From assembly GCA_001742785.1 (NCBI GenBank), contig MCBF01000001.1:432768-443761 (forward strand): 10,994 nucleotides of DNA. Reading direction: 5' to 3'. Numbering within the stretch: position 1 is the first letter of the stretch; every line of letters begins with the position of its first letter. A program made the translations under genes and the position numbers. The notes below the pieces were generated by a model. That model saw only the letters and a list, made by a program, of their open reading frames with translations, had not been told where the DNA came from and did no database searches. The DNA is from Candidatus Altiarchaeales archaeon IMC4. Its GTDB lineage: Archaea > Altiarchaeota > Altiarchaeia > IMC4. Positions 6,576 through 10,994 of the stretch are shown piece by piece.

Positions 6576-7106
6576 ATGAATATCCTCATCGAAGCGCTGT
6601 GGTTCATACTTCCCGCCTACTTCGCAAACTCGATGCCTGTCAACGTATCCAAGCTGCGCGCCCTGCAGAGGTACGGCTGGCCGATAGACTTCGGGAAAAG
6701 GATTTTCGGAAAGCGTATCTTCGGCGATGGCAAAACCTGGCGCGGCATCCTTGCAGGGCTTTTCGGCGGCATCAGCATGGCGTTTTTGCAGTCGCACTTC
6801 CAGCCCCAGATATCCGCGGCGCTTCCCCCGATGACAATGCATCTCGGCTTTATATTAGGGGCCGGCGCGCTTGCCGGGGACCTCGCGGGAAGCTTCGTAA
6901 AGAGGCAGGCGAATATCGAGAGGGGGGGATTCGTGCCGCTTTTGGACCAGCTTGATTTCATCGCCGGCGCGCTGTTTTTTGCCTGGCTTTTCGCGTATAT
7001 CCCAAGTTACGAGCAGATTGCCATCCTGATAATCGTAACGCCGGTCATACACTTAGGCGGAAACTGGGTGGCGTGGGCAGGCGGGCTGAAGAAGAATCCG
7101 TGGTGA
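6576..7106 (+). CDS. carS: CDP-archaeol synthase (CDP-2,3-bis-O-geranylgeranyl-sn-glycerol synthase, DUF46)
   Basis: Hydrophobic 176-aa protein with ILPAYFANSMPV, PIDFGK, GKRIFGDGKTWRG, GDLAGSFVKR, LLDQLDF and a terminal LKKNPW. Confidence 0.93.
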   Translation: MNILIEALWFILPAYFANSMPVNVSKLRALQRYGWPIDFGKRIFGKRIFGDGKTWRGILAGLFGGISMAFLQSHFQPQISAALPPMTMHLGFILGAGALAGDLAGSFVKRQANIERGGFVPLLDQLDFIAGALFFAWLFAYIPSYEQIAILIIVTPVIHLGGNWVAWAGGLKKNPW

Positions 7107-7190
7107 TCCTCGTTTGTTTCGACAAACGGGACACCGTTTCGGCAGCAGCCGAAACGCTTGTCCGCAATTTTTCACCGCAGAAGTTTTTTT
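7102..7190 (+). terminator. Tandem stem-loops followed by T-runs downstream of carS (possible terminator or RNA-stability element)
   Basis: The hairpins are CGTTTGT-TTCG-ACAAACG (7111-7128) and CGTTTCGGC-AGCA-GCCGAAACG (7135-7156). They are followed by T5 (7168-7172) and T7 (7184-7190). Confidence 0.5.
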
Positions 7191-7218
7191 GAGTTTTGAT
7201 TTAAGCCGGTAAACTCAA
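7189..7218 (+). promoter_or_regulatory. Putative TATA-like box (TTTAAG, 7200-7205) bracketed by an 8-bp inverted repeat upstream of the R-M gene
   Basis: TTGAGTTT (7189-7196) - 14 nt - AAACTCAA (7211-7218). The TATA-like hexamer is about 25 nt upstream of ATG 7230. Confidence 0.4.
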
Positions 7219-7229
7219 TAAATAACGGA

Positions 7230-10200
7230 ATGGCCGAAATAACTTTTTTAGATACAATCAAGAACATAAAAAACGAAGTCCGGGAACGTCTAACTTTTGA
7301 CGGACGGAAAATGGTTTTTGATGACTGGAAAAAGATTTCTTCTGAATCTATGATAGAATCATCAGAGCCGGAAGCGTTCACAAAAGAATTCGTAATAGAA
7401 ATGGTTTTTAATTTTCTTGAATTAGAAAAATTGCCTGAAAAGCAATTTGAGACCCCAACCGGAAAAGACAGAAGCGTTGATTACCAAATCAAAAACCAAA
7501 AAAGCGACATTTTTCTTGTTGAAGCGAAACCCATAAACGCTGATTTATTTGATAAAAGCAAAGAAGGGGCCGTTAATCAAATAAAAGGATTATTCAAACT
7601 TGCCGAGGTTAAAGATAACTATAAATTCGGAATTGCGACCGATGGGTTCAAATGGGTTTTTATTGACAATGCGGGAGAAGTAGCAAATGAACTGGATTTA
7701 GAAAAAGACTACGAACAGATAAAAGAATTCTTGGCCGGGAAAGAAAAAGTCGTGTCTTCAAAAACCGAAGAAGACATAAGCAAAAAGTTTTACGACTGGT
7801 ACAATGCGCTTTTGCACGGCGGAAGGTACAAAGACCACAAGGATAAAACAGGAAATATCTCTGAGAGGGACTGTTTTGTAAACAACATCTTCAATGTCGA
7901 AAATACGGAAGACAAAGAGCAGATTGCCCAGATACTTATGGATCGTTTGATATTCATAAAGTTTCTGCACTCAAAGGGCATCATAAAAGAAGATGTCCTT
8001 AAAAAATTAGCTGGATGCCCTGATGATATTCTCGTTCCGAAATTAAGACAATTATTCTTCAGCATACTTGACTCGCCGCCTGATGAAAGATTTGACATTA
8101 AGGATTTTAAGGATATTCCTTATCTAAACGGAAGTTTGTTTACAATAACGGATGTCGAGAGGGAAAACGATTACAGGGTAAAGGCAGATATACTAAGAAA
8201 GGCAATCGAATTTCTGGACAGTTTCAGATTTGTCGGCAGGGAATCTCTTGAGGGTTCTGCGACATTAGACCCTGAGATTCTGGGCTACATATTTGAGCGG
8301 GCAATGACTGCCACAGACCGCAAAGGCACGGGCGCTTACTACACGCCGAAGGCGATAACAAGATACATCTCCGAGAACACGATTTACCCCTTCATCATTG
8401 ACAGGGCTAACGAATTCCTGATGAAAGAGAAGGGCTACAAAGAAACAGAACTGATAAAAGACATTGACAGGTTATTCATTCTTCCCGCGCCGACATTGGA
8501 GGAAATATGGAACAACATAATCCACGAGATTAGGGTATTGGATAACGCCTGCGGCTCAGGCGCTTTTTTGTTAGCGGCAGGGAACCTACTGTTTGATTTG
8601 AACAAGCGCATAGACGAGAAACTTGGGTTTAAAAACACGGATATTGCCCTGAAGAGATTAATACTTTCCAACAACCTCCACGGCGTTGACATAAACCCGA
8701 AGGGCATCGAAATCACAAAACTTAGGTTGTGGTTGTGGCTTGCAGATTCCTACGACCCGGAGCATATACAGCCGCTTCCGAACATCGAATATAACCTGCG
8801 GGCGGGCAACAGTTTAATCGGCTACCACGACATAAGCAGGTTTGAGAAAATGGGGGGAACGCTGCTTGATTATTCCGGCGGCGGCTCATTGTACCACCAG
8901 TTACAGGAAAGGGCGAGGCTGATAAAGAACTATAAAAACAAATCGGGAAGCGAGGCGAAGGAGTTAAAAAGAAACATCGAGACCATCAACAGCGTAATAA
9001 AGAAACTGCTTGATACGACCTTATACAACGAACTGAAAGAAAATAAGGTGAAGATAGAAAGGGACGAATTCGATAGACTTAGCCCGTTCCACTGGGCGTT
9101 TGAGTTCTATTTTATCTTCGATCCGGAAAAGCCAAAAGACGAGAGGGGTTTTGACGTTGTGATCGGGAACCCGCCTTATCTAAGAATACAAATACTCAAT
9201 AAAACCGATAAAAAGCAGGTCGATTACTTTAACAAATATTATAAATCGGCAGTAGGGAACTATGACATATATGGATTATTTGTTGAAAGATCGTTATCCC
9301 TAACGCATGGAGGTTTTGTTGGGTTTATTATGCCAAACAAATTCTTTTTAGCTAACTATGGGGAATGTCTCAGGAGGATAATCTCAGATAAGAATGCACT
9401 AAATGCAATTGTTAATTTCAAGGATAATCAGATATTTCAAGGAGCGAGTACTTATACTTGCCTTGCCTTCTTTAGAGAAAATAGCAGTTCATGTAAATAC
9501 TCTGAGATTACAAAAATCAAAAATTTGTTTCAAGATTTGAATACAATATCGGACGAATCCGAATATGACAATGGCAATATTACTGTTGGGGGCATTAACA
9601 GCACCTTAGGCCCCTCCCCGTGGGTCTTCAATATCGGAAAGTCCGGTAAAATAATAGAAAAATTAACGAAGATTAAAAAAACATTGGAAGATTATAGTGA
9701 GAGGATATTTCAAGGTGTGGCAACAAGTGCTGATGCAGTATATCTCGTAAAAATAGTAAATGAAGAAAATGATGTCTTTGAGATATTCTCTACAGAAACC
9801 CAGTCAAAACATAAAATTGAAAAAGATGTAGTTAGGCCGTTGGTCAAGGGAAAGGATATTAAAGGATATTTTGTTGAATACAAAAACAGAGCCATAATAT
9901 TCCCTTACCATAAAGTCAATGGAGTTTTCAAAATCATTAAACCAGATATTTTATCAACAAAGTACCCTAAATGTTTTGCATACTTTAAACAAAATGAGGA
10001 AAAAATAAAATCCCGTGAAGATAGTAAATTTAGAAATACTGATACGTGGTATGAATACACTTATCCTCGAAGCATAAATCTTTACGAAATATCAAAGATT
10101 CTTACGCCAAATAGTGCATTTAGTGCATCATTCTACCTTGATGATAAAGAGTATTATTATATGACCTGCGGGGTGGCTGGAGGATATGGAATAAAACTTA

Positions 10201-10559
10201 AAGAAGATTGCTCTTTGAATGAAAAATATCTGCTTGCTTTGCTAAATTCTAAACTCTTGGATTTTTACAATAAAAAAATTGGCACATGTCTTAGGGGCGG
10301 TTTCTACTCTTACGAAGGTCGTGTAATAAAAAGATACCCAATAGTCGAATTAGATAGAAATAAGCAAAAACCCTTCATAGACCTCGCAGACAAAATGCTT
10401 TCTCTCAATGAACGCCTTAAAGAAATAAAGGGTGATTTGGGGGAGAAGGCAAGGATAGAAAAGGATATAAAGGATACAGATAAGAAGATTGATGAGGTGG
10501 TTTACGGGTTGTACGGGCTGAGTGATGAGGAGATAAAGGTTGTGGAGGGATCGGGATGA
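7230..10559 (+). CDS. Type IIG (Eco57I-like) fused restriction endonuclease / N6-adenine DNA methyltransferase / target-recognition protein
   Basis: The N-terminus has a PD-(D/E)xK motif (SVDYQ...FLVEAK, then GIATDG). It is followed by YLNGSLF, ILGYIFE, GAYYTP, motif I LDNACGSGAFL (8538-8570), GVDIN, LPNIEYNLRAGNSL and motif IV FDVVIGNPPY (NPPY at 9168-9179). It ends in a TaqI_C-like TRD (YLLALLNSKL) and IDEVVYGLYGL. Confidence 0.95.
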   Translation: MAEITFLDTIKNIKNEVRERLTFDGRKMVFDDWKKISSESMIESSEPEAFTKEFVIEMVFNFLELEKLPEKQFETPTGKDRSVDYQIKNQKSDIFLVEAKPINADLFDKSKEGAVNQIKGLFKLAEVKDNYKFGIATDGFKWVFIDNAGEVANELDLEKDYEQIKEFLAGKEKVVSSKTEEDISKKFYDWYNALLHGGRYKDHKDKTGNISERDCFVNNIFNVENTEDKEQIAQILMDRLIFIKFLHSKGIIKEDVLKKLAGCPDDILVPKLRQLFFSILDSPPDERFDIKDFKDIPYLNGSLFTITDVERENDYRVKADILRKAIEFLDSFRFVGRESLEGSATLDPEILGYIFERAMTATDRKGTGAYYTPKAITRYISENTIYPFIIDRANEFLMKEKGYKETELIKDIDRLFILPAPTLEEIWNNIIHEIRVLDNACGSGAFLLAAGNLLFDLNKRIDEKLGFKNTDIALKRLILSNNLHGVDINPKGIEITKLRLWLWLADSYDPEHIQPLPNIEYNLRAGNSLIGYHDISRFEKMGGTLLDYSGGGSLYHQLQERARLIKNYKNKSGSEAKELKRNIETINSVIKKLLDTTLYNELKENKVKIERDEFDRLSPFHWAFEFYFIFDPEKPKDERGFDVVIGNPPYLRIQILNKTDKKQVDYFNKYYKSAVGNYDIYGLFVERSLSLTHGGFVGFIMPNKFFLANYGECLRRIISDKNALNAIVNFKDNQIFQGASTYTCLAFFRENSSSCKYSEITKIKNLFQDLNTISDESEYDNGNITVGGINSTLGPSPWVFNIGKSGKIIEKLTKIKKTLEDYSERIFQGVATSADAVYLVKIVNEENDVFEIFSTETQSKHKIEKDVVRPLVKGKDIKGYFVEYKNRAIIFPYHKVNGVFKIIKPDILSTKYPKCFAYFKQNEEKIKSREDSKFRNTDTWYEYTYPRSINLYEISKILTPNSAFSASFYLDDKEYYYMTCGVAGGYGIKLKEDCSLNEKYLLALLNSKLLDFYNKKIGTCLRGGFYSYEGRVIKRYPIVELDRNKQKPFIDLADKMLSLNERLKEIKGDLGEKARIEKDIKDTDKKIDEVVYGLYGLSDEEIKVVEGSG

Positions 10560-10994
10560 ATAAAAAATTCAAAGAAACAAAACCCGGAAAAACATTCGAA
10601 AGACTAAAGAGCAGAGAGGGCCCTAATATTGAGTATAAACTCTGCAAATCCGAGCTTTCTAAAGATTTATGGGAAACTGTTTCCGCTTTCTCAAACGAAG
10701 GCGGCGGATTCATCCTTTTAGGATATGAAGAAAAAGATGATATGTATGTGCCGATTGGCATTAAAAACCCTTCCAAGATGCTGGACGAGTTTACTTCTCT
10801 TGTCGGACAAAAATTCAATTACTGCCCGGTTGTAAGGGCAGACGTGTTGGAGGATAGCAATAAACCAGTTATAGCAATTGAGATTAAAGAAGCGCCGAAA
10901 TATCAAAAACCAATTTACATAAAGGATGCAGGACATCTTAAAGGCGGATTCAAGCGGGTGGGTGCCTCGGACATAAGATTAACGGACTCTGATG
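10556..10994 (+). CDS. Schlafen/AlbA_2-domain protein, N-terminal part (3'-truncated by the window edge; not in the ORF track)
   Basis: Its ATG overlaps the R-M stop (ATGA, 10556-10559) and the frame is open to the window end: MNKKFKETKPGKTFERLKSREGPNIEYKLCKSELSKDLWETVSAFSNEGGGFILLGYEE...IAIEIKEAPKYQKPIYIK...GGFKRVGASD. The E-x4-E-Y-K and SAFxNxxGG-x-I-L-L-G motifs are AlbA_2 signatures. Confidence 0.88.
   Translation, partial: MNKKFKETKPGKTFERLKSREGPNIEYKLCKSELSKDLWETVSAFSNEGGGFILLGYEEKDDMYVPIGIKNPSKMLDEFTSLVGQKFNYCPVVRADVLEDSNKPVIAIEIKEAPKYQKPIYIKDAGHLKGGFKRVGASDIRLTDSD

Noticed and set aside
1018..6955. Numerous overlapping or antisense ORFs in the track (e.g. 1018..1560-, 2289..2771+, 2877..3452+, 4989..5435+, 6112..6579+, 6569..6955+)
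   Set aside because: They are shadows of well-supported genes in GC-rich sequence and have no recognisable motifs.
7104..7199. Selenocysteine or read-through at the carS TGA followed by a hairpin, in frame with the R-M gene
   Set aside because: CarS proteins normally end at this PW motif, and another in-frame TGA at 7197-7199 blocks fusion.
7107..7229. tRNA gene or CRISPR repeat in the structured intergenic region
   Set aside because: There is no cloverleaf or T-loop consensus, and no regularly spaced direct repeats.
10417..10936. Minus-strand ORFs 10417..10818 and 10718..10936
   Set aside because: They are antisense to the R-M 3' end and to the AlbA_2 gene, which has clear family motifs.
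7107..10994. Calling the AT-rich R-M region a mobile element
   Set aside because: No integrase, transposase, att site or terminal repeat is visible in the window; composition alone is insufficient.

Overview
This is an archaeal genomic window: it carries carS, TATA-type promoters and the Wood-Ljungdahl gene cdhE. From left to right it has the 3' end of cdhE, a tandem-duplicated zinc-ribbon module (one fused copy and one copy split into two genes, including a 44-aa ORF missing from the track), and a stand-alone CBS-pair gene. Next comes a minus-strand operon of an SPFH/band-7 protein, an orphan HxsD-like protein and a membrane protein fusing a degenerate Mrr-like nuclease domain to a PAP2 phosphatase. 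A RACo-type corrinoid activator and carS are transcribed divergently. The window ends in an AT-rich defence-like pair: a type IIG restriction-modification gene coupled to a Schlafen/AlbA_2-domain gene that runs off the edge. The best candidate for an undescribed system is the SPFH + HxsD-like + Mrr-PAP2 operon. All family calls come from recognising motifs by eye; no database searches were run.
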